Below, in pieces: positions 48,334 to 61,287 of a stretch of DNA of 64,000 bases. The notes under the pieces are model-generated. The model did not search any database, had not been told where the DNA came from, and saw only the letters and a program-made list of their open reading frames with translations. Source of the DNA: Phaeosaccion multiseriatum (lineage: Eukaryota > Protista > Ochrophyta, other classes); assembly GCA_965112735.1 (NCBI GenBank), contig OZ218957.1, positions 2,790,001 to 2,854,000 on the forward strand, in the 5' to 3' direction. Position 1 is the first letter of the stretch. The number at the start of each line of letters is the position of its first letter. A program made the position numbers and the translations under genes.

Positions 48334-50430
48334 GCAGCAGCAGAAGTTTTGAAATAATAGGGCGCAAGAGGTAGCAGCAGCAGTAGCAGAGGCAGTAGCA
48401 GCAGCAGCAGTAGCAGCAGCAGTGGTAGAGCGGGTCTCGTGTCCCCTGCCCCTTCCCACACCTCCATCTACTCTCCCTCACCCCTCCCCCGCCCCTCCCC
48501 ACCTTCCCTGCCCCTTCCGTGCCCCCTCCTTTAAGTCAATGAATGTGCCCCTGCTCCCTCCCCGCAGCCTCACCTCACTGGCAAAGAGCTTGGCCATAGC
48601 GGCTTCCTTGGTGAAGCTCTCTCCTCTGTCCTTGGCCATTGCCGCCTTCCAAGTGAGCAGGCGGGCGGCGTCGATCTGAGACGCCATTTGTGAAATTTTG
48701 AGCTGAATCGCATACATGGAACTGATGGGCTGATCAAAGGCCTTGCGGGTCCGTGCGTATCTTCGTATGTGTTGTGAATGTGAAGGGAAGTGAAGTGAAT
48801 GTGAGCACGTTGGGACGACGTACATGGGGGGTGACGGAGAGAGGTTGAGTAGGTAAGACGAGGGGAGGAGGGAGGGAGGGAGGGAGGGAGGGAGATGAGC
48901 CAAGGGGTGAGGTCAGTGCCATGAAGGAGCTCAACATCGTGCTGCCAACGAAACGCCTTTGGCCTTCACCACCCCCTTTCCCTCTCCATCTTCTTCCCAT
49001 GCAAACGTCTCTATCGTAACGGAAGAGAAAGAGAGGCAGACCCACCCATCCGACCCCCCGACCATCTGAGAAACACAAACCGACCAAGTACCGAGAGTTT
49101 CGACTTACTTGACTGCGCAATCGAGTGAGGCCTGAGCAATGCCTACCGCCTGCCCAGCGATGCCGATACGCCCTGCATCAAGCGAGCCCATGGCAATCTT
49201 GAAGCCGCTGCCTTCGCTGCCGAGCATGCAGGAGGCGGGCACTCGGCAGTCTTCGAAGATGAGGTTGGCTGTTGACGACGCGCGTATGCCCAACTTGTCC
49301 TCCTTCTTGCCCAGAGAGAAGCCGGGGAGGCTCTTGTCCACGATGAAGGCAGTGATTCCCTGAGGGAGGGAGGGATTGGGGTGAGGAAGGGAGAGAGGGG
49401 GAAGGAGGGAACGAGGGAGGGAGGGAGGGGGAAGAGTGAGGGAGTGAGTGGGTGGGTGAGGTGGGGCGACGAGTGAGTTGAGTTGAGTGAGTGAGCGAGC
49501 GGGCGGGGTGGATTGAGTGCACGAGTAGATAGGCGAGTGAGTGAGTAGGCGAGTGACAGCATGAAGGAGCAAGCCGTTGAGCGTGCAACTGAGCGAGCGA
49601 TCGATTGTGGGCGTGAGTGAGAGATTGTGGGAGCGTGCGAGGTGCCAATACAAATGTCCACCCCTCCCCTCTGTTCCACTCCCCTCTCCCCCCGCCCCCC
49701 TCCCCTCCTATTCCGTCCCCACCTTGTTCTTCTTGGCGTCCGGCAGGGACTGCGCAAACACAATGGCGGCATCAGCTTCATACGAGCTCGTGATCCAGGC
49801 CTTCGTGCCGTTGAGCACGAAAGAGTCCCCATCCCGCACCGCCTGGGTGCTCGCCGCCCCTGCATCGCTGCCGTTTCCCGGCTCGCTGAGGGCGAAGCAG
49901 CCCAGCTTCTCCCCAGTGGCGAAGGGCTTCAGCCATTCCTCTTTCTGCTCCGGAGTGCCGAACTTGTCAACGGGCCCGCAGAACAGCGAGTTGTGGACGG
50001 ACATGACCACGCCCGTGCTGGCACAACCCCGACTAATCTCCTCCATCGCAATCGCGTAGGCCATCGTGTCCAGGCCAGAGCCTCCGTACTCGTCTCCAAT
50101 GGCCACCCCCATGAGCCCCATCTCCCCCAATTCTTTGACGGCCTCTGCCGGGTACTCGTGCTTCTGGTCCCACTGCCCCGCCTTGGGCGCCAGGCGGTCG
50201 TCCGCATACTTGCGGCACATCTCCCTGATCATCTGGTGCTCCTCGGGGAGGCTGCTCATCGTCAAGTAGGAGCGCCGCGACGATGTGCTGCTCGCCCCAC
50301 CGGCAGGTTCGCTCCTTCTACTCCTTGAGGGCCCCGCCGCAGAGGAGACTTGAGGTGTGAGTAATCGAGTTCCGCAGAGCCCTCGCTGGCCACCAATGAC
50401 CCGCCGACCAGTCATCCGCACAGCCATCAT
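46064..50430 (-). CDS. ACADS: Mitochondrial short-chain acyl-CoA dehydrogenase; 6 exons (~49723..50430, 49108..49360, 48573..48760, 48196..48245, 47952..48010, 46064..46145)
   Basis: [103 protein letters not shown]. Confidence 0.95.
46171..47645. repeat. G-rich minisatellite, ~37-bp unit (gtagaggcgtatgggtggggaggg[t/c]agagga(ga)n), ~40 copies, in the last ACADS intron
   Basis: Seen directly; unit length varies with the GA count. Confidence 0.95.
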
Positions 50431-50992
50431 TGTGGCCTCGCGTCTGCTGTTCAAGGAAGAGCAGACACTCTATTCAGGGACGAGACAGAACAAGTTCAAC
50501 GAAGAAAGGGGGGAGGAAGTTGCCCTTGTTCGCAGGAGAAGGAAGAGCTCAACTTCCAGGGACAAGGAAGAGTAGCAATCAAGTGATTTGCGAAGGGGTG
50601 ATAGTTACTCTCGCCTCTATATCAAGGAAGAGCTATCACCACAGAAGGCGGGAGACAAGGTGGGTGGTTGTTCAACCCACACAGCCCAGCGCAGCGTAAG
50701 CTTACGTAAGGTGAGGTGAGGGCAGGGAGGATTATCGGATTATCAACGAATCAATCAATCAGGACAGAGAGGGCGCGCATAGACATAGGCTGCTGAGAGC
50801 GCTGCGAGAACGCGAAGTCGCTGCTGCAGAAGAAGTCCCTGAGCGTCGATCTCTTAGCGGCGCTCTCCTGAAGCAATCGCTCTTGCTCGTCTTTGGCGGA
50901 CTGTCCGACTGCCGCTAGAAGCGCTCAAGAGAGAGAGCAGCCGCAGCGGAAGGAGGGACAGGAGCAGGAGCAGGAGGAAGGGCTCAGGCAGG

Positions 50993-51236
50993 ATGTCAAA
51001 GTAAGTCGCAACATACGCCCATGATGAGGGGAAGTCTCAGCCAAGGTCGATTGCAACCGCTCCAGCAAGCACCACAAAAGAAGAGCTTGAAGGTGGAAAG
51101 GGGCCGAGAGAAAGACAGAAGATGTGTACATTTACTGGGGGTTGCAGTCCTTCTCCTTGTTCTGCCTCCGCCTCCGCCTCCGCCTCCCCAGCCATGCCCC
51201 TCTGTGGCCCCGCCCGGCCCTTCCCTTGCCAGTATC

Positions 51237-51302
<66 letters not shown>

Positions 51303-53549
51303 AGAAAGATAGAAGATCTATACAGATTTAGTGAGGGTTGTGGTTCTTCTGCTTCTCCTGCTCCCGCCTCCGCCTCCGCCTCCTCAGCCACGCCCCTCTG
51401 TGTGGCGCGGTCCTTCCTTTGCCAGTCTCTATTTCTCCCCCCCCCTCTCTCTCTCTCTTTCTCTCTTTCTCTCTCTCGCTCCCTCTCTCTCTCTCTGTGG
51501 TGTGTGTGTACCTGTCTCTTTGTCCATCCTTGTCTCGCTCTCTCCCCTCCTCTCTCTCTGTCGGCACGATTCGCTTTGTTTTGTGTGAACCCGCTGCGGA
51601 CGCCTAACCTGCAGGTTCTGTAGGTCCTATCTCCCCTTCTCACCCCCACCTCCCCCCTCTTCCCCCTCTCTGCTCTCCAAAGGTTTGGCCGCACGCAGCG
51701 ACCCCCCCCAGGCTACGATGTAATCGAGCCCACGCTCACAGCCCTGGAGAACGAGCTCAGAGACAGTGAGTTGTTAAGGGACACCCGTGCAAACAGTCCA
51801 CAGCGCGGGGGGCAGGGTGTCAGAGATAGGGTTCAGGGGTGGAAGTGGTGAGAGGGCAGACTTTGCTGAACCGTCGAAGCCAGCTCAACCGAGGGGGTTG
51901 GCTCCAAAGGGAACGTCGTGACGGGTGCAGGTTTCTCCACCCGACCAGCCAAGCAGTCGAGGCAGGAAGGAGCCCGTAGGGAGAGGTGGCTTGATTCCGT
52001 CCCTTCCCTTCTCTGGGTGGCGCAGTTCTCACCCTTCCGTCTCTCTCTCCTCCTCCGTCTGTTGATTCCCCCTCCTCTCTCTCCCACCCTCTCTCCCTCT
52101 CTCTCTGCGTGTCTTTGAGGTGATCCATCCACTTAGTCACTCACTAACTCACTCACTCACTCACTCACTGACTCACGTTGGCCGCCCCCCATACACCTCT
52201 CACTCACTCACGTGGCTCACCCATGTTGTCTCTCTCTATCTCTCTCTCTGCAGAGGTGAACGAGCCACACGAGGGCCTGCGGAAGAATGAGTCGCTGTGG
52301 CCAGTACACCAGATCAACTGGCAGAAGAGGTGGGAGAGGGAAGGAGACGGAGGGTAGATAGAAGCCTAAGACTTGAGGGAGGGAAGGGCAGACAGCAGCC
52401 GTCCAGAGGCACAGCCGCACAGGCGGGCGGGGGGGTCCAGTGAGGGAGGAGGGGGCAGGGGAACGAAGGGCGGGTGAAGAGCTTCGTGCTTCTCTACCGC
52501 AAGTACCCGTACCCGCACATACGCACACACGCACACACACGCATCCACACACCCACAGACCACTCACTCATCGCTCTCCCCACCCACCCACCCACCCACG
52601 CACACTCAAACCACTTACTCATACTCTCCCCACCCACACACATACACACGCAACCACGCCCCCCCCCTCGCAGCCGCTACGTCTTCGATATGTACGTGCT
52701 GTACAAGCGCATCAGCAAGCAGGTGTACGACTACTGCTGCAGGAACAAGGTGAGTGAGTGAGTGAGTGAGTGAGTGAGGAGTGGGGGAATGCGTGAGTGA
52801 GTATGTGCGTGAGTGCGTGAGTGAGTGAGAGTGAGTGAGTGAGTGAGCCCATGAATGGGACCGGTATTGACGCCTGTCTCCTACACCTTTTTGTAGCGTG
52901 TGGATGTACCATCGATTTGGAACTGCACTGAAATGAAATTGTCCATATGCGTGGATACGATAAACAGATCATCGATGCGGCGCTGTGTGCCAAGTGGAAG
53001 AAGCGGGGCTACGAGCGGCTGTGCTCCACTTACGTCATTAACACGCGCAACTTCAAGTTTGGCACCACGAGCATCTGCAGAGTACCCCGACACTGTCTGG
53101 CGGATGGGCAGGTGGGTGGGTAGGGAGAGGACAGCGGAGGAGGAGGAGGAGGAGGAGGAGGAGGAGGAGGAGGAGGAGGAGGAGAGGGAGGAGGAGAGGG
53201 TGGATTGACAAACACCGTGATACATGTGATAGATTGATGAAGGAGAGCTTGATTGGCCGTTTCTAACGTACTGTCTAACAACAGCACATCATGCACACCA
53301 CACACACGCACGCTTCCACTGACTCAGGTGGTGGAGGACCCCAATACGGGCTGCAGGGGGTGCTCTTCGGGCCCAGGGGGGCAAAGGAACATCTTCGGGA
53401 ACAAGTATGGACAGTACCTGGCCTCCATCCAGGTGGGTGTGGAGTGGACTTGGGGTGTTGAATTTGTGTCCTGATCAATGTGTGTGGTTGTCGTAAGGCG
53501 CACCCACAACACGTCTCTTTTGCAGTCTAACTGACCCCCCTCCCTTCCC

Positions 53550-53619
<70 letters not shown>

Positions 53620-54004
53620 TGTGTGTTGCATTATCGACGTTTGCTGTGCACTTCTGTGTGTGTACTGTGTTGAGTAGGTGGCGAGAGAGAAGAAGAGGGA
53701 GGCAGCGGCCAAGCGAGTAGCGCAACAAGGGCAGGCAGGACGAGGAGGAGCGGTAGGAGGGGGAGGGGGGGCAGGACCAAGTCAGGAGGAGGAGCAGGAG
53801 GAGCAGGAGGAGAAGAGCAAGAAGGGAGAGGACTCCGACACAGACTCGGAGGCAGAAGGTCCCACCGTGTGGGCGCAGGACGACAACGAAGCGGAGTTGA
53901 GGCCCGACGGAGCGGAGGGGGAGGAGGAGGAGGAAGGGGGCGGCAAGAGGAAGGGAGGAGCCCCGACGGCGAAGGGGGGTATGGCGAAGCGACCCAAGTA
54001 TTGA
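50993..54004 (+). CDS. BUD31: BUD31/G10/Cwf14 spliceosomal protein with C-terminal extension; exons ~50993..51000, 51683..51765, 52254..52329, 52674..52749, 52968..53111, 53328..53432, 53678..54004
   Basis: [65 protein letters not shown], GCRGC; 8-nt first coding exon ATGTCAAA|gtaagt. Confidence 0.9.
51241..51301. repeat. (TC)n microsatellite in BUD31 intron 1
   Basis: About 30 perfect TC units. Confidence 0.95.
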
Positions 54005-54251
54005 GATGTAGAGAGAGAGAGAGTGTGTGTGTTGGTGGGTTGGTTGGACTGGCCGCGCAGGAGGCCCCGCTCAAAGCCCCCTGCTGGGAGAGGAGGACTA
54101 ATGGCTCGCCTCCGTCTTTCGAATGAACTGCATCCATGCAGTGGAATGGAAAATAGAAAAAAATGCTCCAGACTAAGGCGCAAGGTGCAGTCATCGTCAC
54201 CATCACAATCATCATCATCATAACCTTCTTTTTACTGTTGTTGGTTGACAC

Positions 54252-55780
54252 TTCAAGGAGACAAGTACATGTAGGTCAGGATTTTTGCCACTCTCTCTAC
54301 GACGACCCGGCCACAGTACAGGCGGGGGGTGGAGGGGACGAGCGGGCGGTGCTGGCGCCCCTCATGTTGTGTCCATTCGCACCCACGACGCCGCACCTGG
54401 GCAGAAAGCCGCGTGTAGCTTTCTACTCAACAAGCTTGTTACCTTCTACACTCAACAAGCTTATTGCCCTGGCTTGTGAGTGAGGCACCACCCGTGGAAG
54501 AGAGGTCACCACAATATACATGCCCCGCCCCGCTCTGGGCAGCCTGCAGACGGCAGTCTTTGGTGTTGCCTTCCCCTTGTGCGCTCATCTTCCCTTCCGT
54601 CCCCTCCAACCCCCTCTCTGCCGATATAGCCTTTGTATCATGTACATGTTTGCCCTCCCTTGCCCATATGCCCGCGTTTCTAGCCCGACTCCACATCACA
54701 TCGACTAACTGTATGCCTGCCAGCCAAGGTGCGTATCGATGGGAAAGGGCCACTTCACTTCAATACTTGTAGGCTGATTACACCGGCCAGACCACGCATC
54801 AACATCAACATCAACATGGAGGACCATTATGTGCACCGTTGCTCCTCTCCCTCCGCCTCGTCCTCTTGGCTTGTCCGCCGTCTTCCCTCGGCCGACCGAT
54901 CGACACGGCTTTTCTCTCTTCTTCTTCCTCGCAGGAGGTTGAGTTTCATCTCACACCGAGGTCGGTGTGAGACTGGAAGGAATGAAGGCTGGGTGGCTGT
55001 GATCGTGCTTGGGGGGGGGGGTGGTCCGCTCCACACCCACATCGCTGCCCTCGCGAGGTCCACAGACGGATGGAAGGCTGCTTCTTCCCTTGGCCTTTGC
55101 AAGCAATCAATTGCTGCTGCTGCTGTTGTTGCTGCTGCTTGTCGACGGTGCTTTCCTTTGCCCCTGTCACTGACTCTGGAGTGCTGTTATCTGTGGTCTC
55201 TCGGCGCATGACGACGAACGAATGGTGGAATGGCAGCGCAGAACAAGCGGAACAGCGACAAGGCCCTTCTGTAATTAACTGTGGTGCGTGAGAAGATAAG
55301 GGGGGCGAGAGCGACAACGATGGAGCAGCAGCAGTACCAGCAGCATGGGGTATGGCGACAGAAGGAGTCAGGTGGGGACCGACAGAGAAGTGTGCTGGTG
55401 GTGGGTGCAGCGAAGCAGAGAGGGCAGAAGATAAAATGACTAGGAGTGCGTCTACCTACGTTGGAATAGATTGATTGGAGGCGCTCTTACGTTCCATCGT
55501 CATCGTCCGCGGCGAACAGGAGCTCCATTGCCGCGCCCCCGCCCGTGGGCGCAGTCAGCTTCATGACCTTGAAGCCAGCGCTGCTGCCACCCAGAGCCGA
55601 TAGGTTCCGTCCCACCAGCACTGCCGCCGTAAGTTCGCTCCAACATGCTCGATCTATCGTCGTTTTGCCCTTCTTTAGGCCTGCCTTGTTCGCCGCCCCC
55701 CGTGCCTTTCCTGCCGCCCCTATCGAAGCTTTGGGGTTTGCCCTCCTTCCCGATCCTCGGGCAACGCCGCGAGCTCCCAT
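54252..55780 (-). CDS. Possible spliced hypothetical gene, divergent from the carotenoid oxygenase-like gene
   Basis: ATG at 55780 opens MGARGVARG...FAADDDDGT, ending at a gtaag donor (55490). A downstream cag-preceded segment encodes VRRRGCEW...RVAKILTYMYLSP*. No recognisable domain. Confidence 0.3.
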
Positions 55781-56224
55781 GCGGCTGTCAAGGCGGTGAT
55801 GGAGAGAGACAGAGGGGCAGAAAGCGATAGGTTGGGCCTTGAGGGAGCAACGACAGATTCCACACACCACACACACACACATTCTCCTTCGCCGCAAAAC
55901 TCTCGACGCATTTGGGAACAGGAAAGAGCGGCTTTTGCAGCAGCCATACCTTGAAAGCTTAGCTACGGATCCTCGGATCATGCTTGTGCTGTTAAGCTTA
56001 AGCTTACCCTGCTGCTACTTTTGCTTTTGTGCTCCTCCTCTCCTTTGGAGGGCAGAACTGGAATTGAAACCGGAAGTGGGCCCCCCCCAAGTGCATGTAG
56101 GGGCAAATGAGTTGGCAGCCTCTTGATGTTACGACGGGAGAAGAAGACCCTCTCTGTCTCTCCCTTCATGGACGACTAAACGCAGAGGAAGAGAAGGAGT
56201 GGAGTTCGCCCTGAGAGAGGAGTA

Positions 56225-59200
56225 ATGAAGGCCCCCTCATCACTTGCTGCTGCAGCCCACGCGGTCTTCGCCTTCGCTCTTTGGCGCCAGTCGGCGACTG
56301 CCTTCACGGTCCCTGCATCTGTGGCACCACAGGGTGGGCTGCGCAGTAGCAGCAGCCGCATTAGCGGAGGCGGATGTGGTTGCGGATATTCCACCGTCGG
56401 CCTCAGTCGTCGTCAGGGCGAGGCGCAGCCGCTGGACGCACAGACCCATGGAGGAGGGCGAAGTGAGAAGCAGAGTAAGCTCTGGGCGGCGAAGACTTCG
56501 AGTGCTTGGGATAACGACGCATGGCTGAATTGCTTCCAATCAGCAGATACAATAGGCCATTACGAGTTGCAACCAGACGAAGGGTAAGCAGGAGGAGGTG
56601 GGTGAAAATAGTGGGACATGAAGCGAGTCATGCACTGCTGGTTGCAACGAATCAACCCGCTACCGCGTTGATTTTTACTCTTCTGACACCCGTATCCACC
56701 CCTCCACCCCCGCACCCACTCGCCACTCCCTCCCTTTCTCCCTCCCTCCTCCCTCCCTCCCCCCCCCCTTCTCCCTCCCTCCCTGCCTCGCAGTAGTGGC
56801 GCCATCCCCTCTGACATGTCTGGCACTGTGTACAGCGTCGGGCCCGCCAAGTTCGAGGTACAGGGGCAGCTCATCGGCAACCCGTTCCGCGGTGACGGCA
56901 TGGCCTGTGCAGTATCCTTTGCGGACGGAAAGGCGTACTTTAGAAACGACTTTATCAAGACCAAGGCAAGTAGGAAGAGGTGGGGTTGGACATTAAGGGG
57001 ATAGGAGGAGGTCGGAGGGGCGGGAAGGGAGGCGATGGCTGGCTATGTACCTACTCCTCGTCCCTCTGCGTCTTTTCTCTCTCGCAATGCGCGGCTGTCG
57101 GTGCTGCTGCCCGTTGGAGCAGCTCGCAGCAGCTGGCGTATGAGCTGCCCTTGTCCGATATTTGCTTCTCTGCTGACGCCCTCCCGCCGTGTTGTTGTTA
57201 TGTTTGCTGTCGTCTTTTATCTTCAGGGCATGAAGAAGGAGAGATTGGCCGGAAAGGTGAGCATGTTGATAGCGATAGCGATAGCGTCCGTCGCTAGACC
57301 ATTGGACCGATCCACCCATTTTTCTATAAATGCACCACCCCTGCTCTATGCCAGAGAGCTGAGCTGCTTGAGCAACCCACCTCCTTTCAACTCGCCCCTG
57401 TCTTGTTGTTGCTGCTGCTGTGGCTCTTTTGCGCTGCACACTTGTCTGCCTTGCCTTGCTTGCCTCCGCGCCTTTTGCCTTCATGTGTCATCCATCACCT
57501 GTGTGCGGCCGTGCAGGTGGTGTTCTCCAAGAAGCCGCTTTCCTGGGAAGGTGGTTGGGTAGAGCAGTTCTTAGAGAGGGGCAAGAACGTTGCCAATCGA
57601 GGCATCGTGTTTTGGGGAAACAGGCTTCATGTCATGTGGGATTCTCAGAATCCGTGGAAGGTGAGTCAGTGGTGGAGCGAGTGGAGGGGGGGAGGGAGGG
57701 AGGAAGTATTGGAGGGAGGAAGGGAGGGAGGACGATAGTCCAAAGGGGTGAAGCGACAGACACAGGAGTTCCTGTGAAGCCAGACACTCGATTTGGAAGA
57801 AGGGAGGGCGTGGGTAGGGAGAGAACTATGGTACGGACTCGAGGAAGGGCGAGGCCATGGAAGAGGCCAATGAGAGAGTCGGGAATGGCGCTGATTCTGA
57901 TGCAAAGAGCATTGGGAAGGAGGGAGGGAAGGAAGGAAGGAAGGAAGGAAGGAAGGGAGGGAGGGCGGGAGGGAAGGAGAGGGAGAGAGGAGTGGGCTGC
58001 AGAGTGGAGATCACACTTTTCCTCCGTCCAGCTCTCCTCCCCTGGCCTTCTGTTGTCTTCTCTTCCTGCTATTCGCCCCCTCCCTAATTTGACATGGCCT
58101 CGCCCCCTCCCTCCTCCGACACTCTCATATACAACACCCCTCCCCAAACCCAATCAGGTGGACCCCAAGAACCTTGAGACCTTCTTTCAGGACGATGTGC
58201 GCAAGCAGCTGAAAAACTCAGACGCCGGGGGTGGCGAGTCCTTCGGAGCCCGGCCTATGCTTGACGCCAAGACACAACGCCTCGTTAACGCGGGGGTGAG
58301 CGGGGGGGGCAACCTGGCGTTACGCGCCTTTAACGACAAGTACGTCGTGGCCAGTCCGCCGGGCAGGGTGGACCAGCGGCTGCCCAATGTGGGGTCGGCG
58401 GGGGCGGTGGTGCCTGCCTTTGGTCTGACGAGTCGCTATGCCGTCTTCTCGGTGTCCTCCTTGGCGCTCGACCGAGTGCCTTACACTCTGGGCTTTAAGA
58501 GCATCGAGCAGGCGCTCACGCAGGATGTAGGCGCAGGAACGGTGCTCGCGTTGGTGCCTCGCAACGGGGGCAGCAAGAACGACCCCGTCACAGAGGTGAA
58601 GGTCGATGCGCACATGTGCGTGGGTGTGGCCAACGCCTTTGATGATGACAGCAGCGACTCCACCGTCGTTATCGACCTCATCCGGGCGAACCCCCTCTTT
58701 TCCGGAGGGGCGAAGAAGACGAAAACTGCCAACCTGAAGGGCAAAGTGGCGTGGGATAAACTCGATTACGGCGCGGATGTGCCCCTATGGCAGCTCGTGA
58801 GGTACACGGTCAACACGGCCGCACAGACACACTCGAGTCAAGTGTTGTGTCACCATCACGTGCACGAGCATGCCGTGGTGGCACCCAGCGTGAGTGCGCA
58901 GAAGCACCGCTACGTCTACGCCGCCATTGGAAGGGACGACAATAGCGACAGCAGTGGTAGTAGTGGCGGTGGTAGTGGGGTGGGAAGGGCATCCCCACCG
59001 CAGGGAATCGTCAGGATAGATACAGAGCACAGCGACCCAGCAGGGGCGGCGGAAAAGTGGTTTCCGGAGGAGGATGGAAAGTTCACTGGTGCCATTAGCT
59101 TCGTGCCTCGGGCAGCGGTAGGGCAGGGGGAGGGGGAGGGAGGAGTGGACGGCAGCAGCAGTAGCAGCAGCAGTAGTAGCGGGAAGGAGGACGACGGTTA

Positions 59201-60067
59201 CATCGTCGCCACGCTGCTCAACGGGAAGGACAAGACGACAGAGATGGTGAGAGAGGAGGGATAGGGATACTCTTTGCATATCCGCTGTCATCCTCTTCTC
59301 TCTCGCTCTATATGTGTGTGTCTCTCCCTCGCTGTTCCTCTCTCTTCTCTCTCCTCTCTCTCTCTCTCCCTCTCGCTCTTCCTCTCTCCCTCTCCCCCCC
59401 CCCCTCTCTCTTCCTTTCTCTCGCCATTCTCTCCGTCACCCCTCCCCTCACTGACACCCCTCCCTGTTGCCTCCCATATCCATGTACGTGCGTGCGTACG
59501 TCGTGCGTGTTCTTATTCCCTCGCTTATTGACCGAGAGCAGGTGATCCTAGACGCCTCTGCGATCTCGTCGGGGCCCGTGTGCCGCCTCCCCATCAAGGG
59601 AGCTCTCCCCCCCTCCACACACGCCACCTTCGCAGAGGGCATCACTTGGGCTCCCGACATACTAAAAAAGGTGAGTATGTGTGTGTGTGCGCGCGTGTGT
59701 TTTGTGTGTGTGTGTGTGTGTGGGTGTGTGGGTGGGTGGATGTGCCTGTATGTGCGTGTGTGCGTGTGTGTGCATGTGGGTGGGCTTGATCATACCAATC
59801 TTTACAATGCTCTTTCCCTTTGGTTGAGCCCTTTCCACCATGTCCCCTCCACGCTCCTGGCGAATCAGCGACGCCTCGCCTCCCTTACCTCATCTTGCCC
59901 TGCCTTTCTCCCCCCCCTCCCTCATCTCCCCTGATGCATCTACACAGAGCTTCCTGTTAGTAGGGCTCTTCCGCCGCAAGGGCTGGAGCGAGGTCAAGTC
60001 GGACTTCAGCGGGCTGGGCATGAACACGCTCGACGACCTGCTTACAGACCCGCGGGAGGAGCCGTAG
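56225..60067 (+). CDS. Plastid-targeted carotenoid oxygenase (RPE65/CCD family) homolog, degenerate active site; exons 56225..56583, 56797..56965, 57227..57256, 57517..57660, 58158..59246, 59542..59670, 59948..60067
   Basis: Signal peptide plus ATA|FTV; GAIPSDMSGTVYSVGPAKF, NPFRGDGM, NVANRGIVFWGNRL, VDPKNLET, KHRYVY, FVPR..EDDGYI, ILDA..GPVCRL, THATF. Confidence 0.85.
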
Positions 60068-60493
60068 AACCAACACGTTTGTTTGTTAGAGGCAGAGATA
60101 CAGAGGTGGAGGGCCTGAGGGGCCGAGGCACGGAATGAACTTTGCTCGTGCACCCGTTGGAGGGACATAAATATCGATACGCCCAATTACTACAAAAGTA
60201 ACTCGACCTCATCAACCGTTTATTCCTCGACGAGTATTGTCGCATCACACTCTCTCTGGGCTCTTCCCTACTTCTTTCCCTTTCCAAGAGGAGGCCGAGG
60301 GCCCATACCTCACCGGAAGAGAAGCTGCGACGCACAGAGACACAAAGGTTATAAAAAGGGGTAAAAAGGACCCTCTAGTTTATCATTAAATTTTAAAATT
60401 TAAAGGTACCACTAATTCTCTAGTGGTCTTTCTCCCCTATCTCTCGTTATTTCTCGATCTAATCCCTAATGAGATCAAGCATATGTTCTCGAT

Positions 60494-61247
60494 CTAATCC
60501 ATGATGAGATCAAGCATATCTTCGATAACTTCACCCTGAAGAGGCCAAGACAAAAGACACAAGGGCAGGAGGAAGGGCAGGAGTAAGTACATGGAAGGCG
60601 GGCATGGCAAGTCAAGACAAGGCAAAGGCAAGCAAAACGGCAAAACGGACCGAGGCAAGAATAGGCAAGGCAAGGCAAAAGCAAGAATAAAGCAAGACAG
60701 ACAAGAGAGATTAAGGGGAGACAAAAGGCAAAAGGCAAAAGCAAGGTCAAATGGTAAAAGGCCAGTCAAAGTATGGCAGCAAAAGCAAGATAGTCGGTTC
60801 CCGCCCGAGACATATGACGGACCTTGTTGTTCATGTAGTCGAATCGGAGGGGCAGGAAGTAGTCGAGTGCCTCGGGGGCGGTGTTGATTTGGATGCCTCC
60901 GAGCAAGGCAATCTTGTTCTTGACTCCCCCTGCTCCCGCCTTGACAATGTCCTGCATCAGCACATCCTGTGAGTCGTAAATGGCATAGGGGAGCTCCACG
61001 CTGGGGTTCTCAGCGTCCGCCAGCCGCTTTCCGTGGGGGAGGATGAGCTCCTGCACCACTCCCTGCTGGAAGTCGGTGAACTGCTGAATCTTGGTGGAAA
61101 TGGGAAGCCCGCCCTCCACAATGCCCTTGACGTAGTTGGAGGCCGCCACCGCGCTTCCACAGCAAGTGTCCACCAGCTCAATTCCTCGGCGCTCCACCTT
61201 GCCCACCTGCCCGGTGGTGGCAACACCGACGTGGGGCCCGTACACAA

Positions 61248-61287
<40 letters not shown>

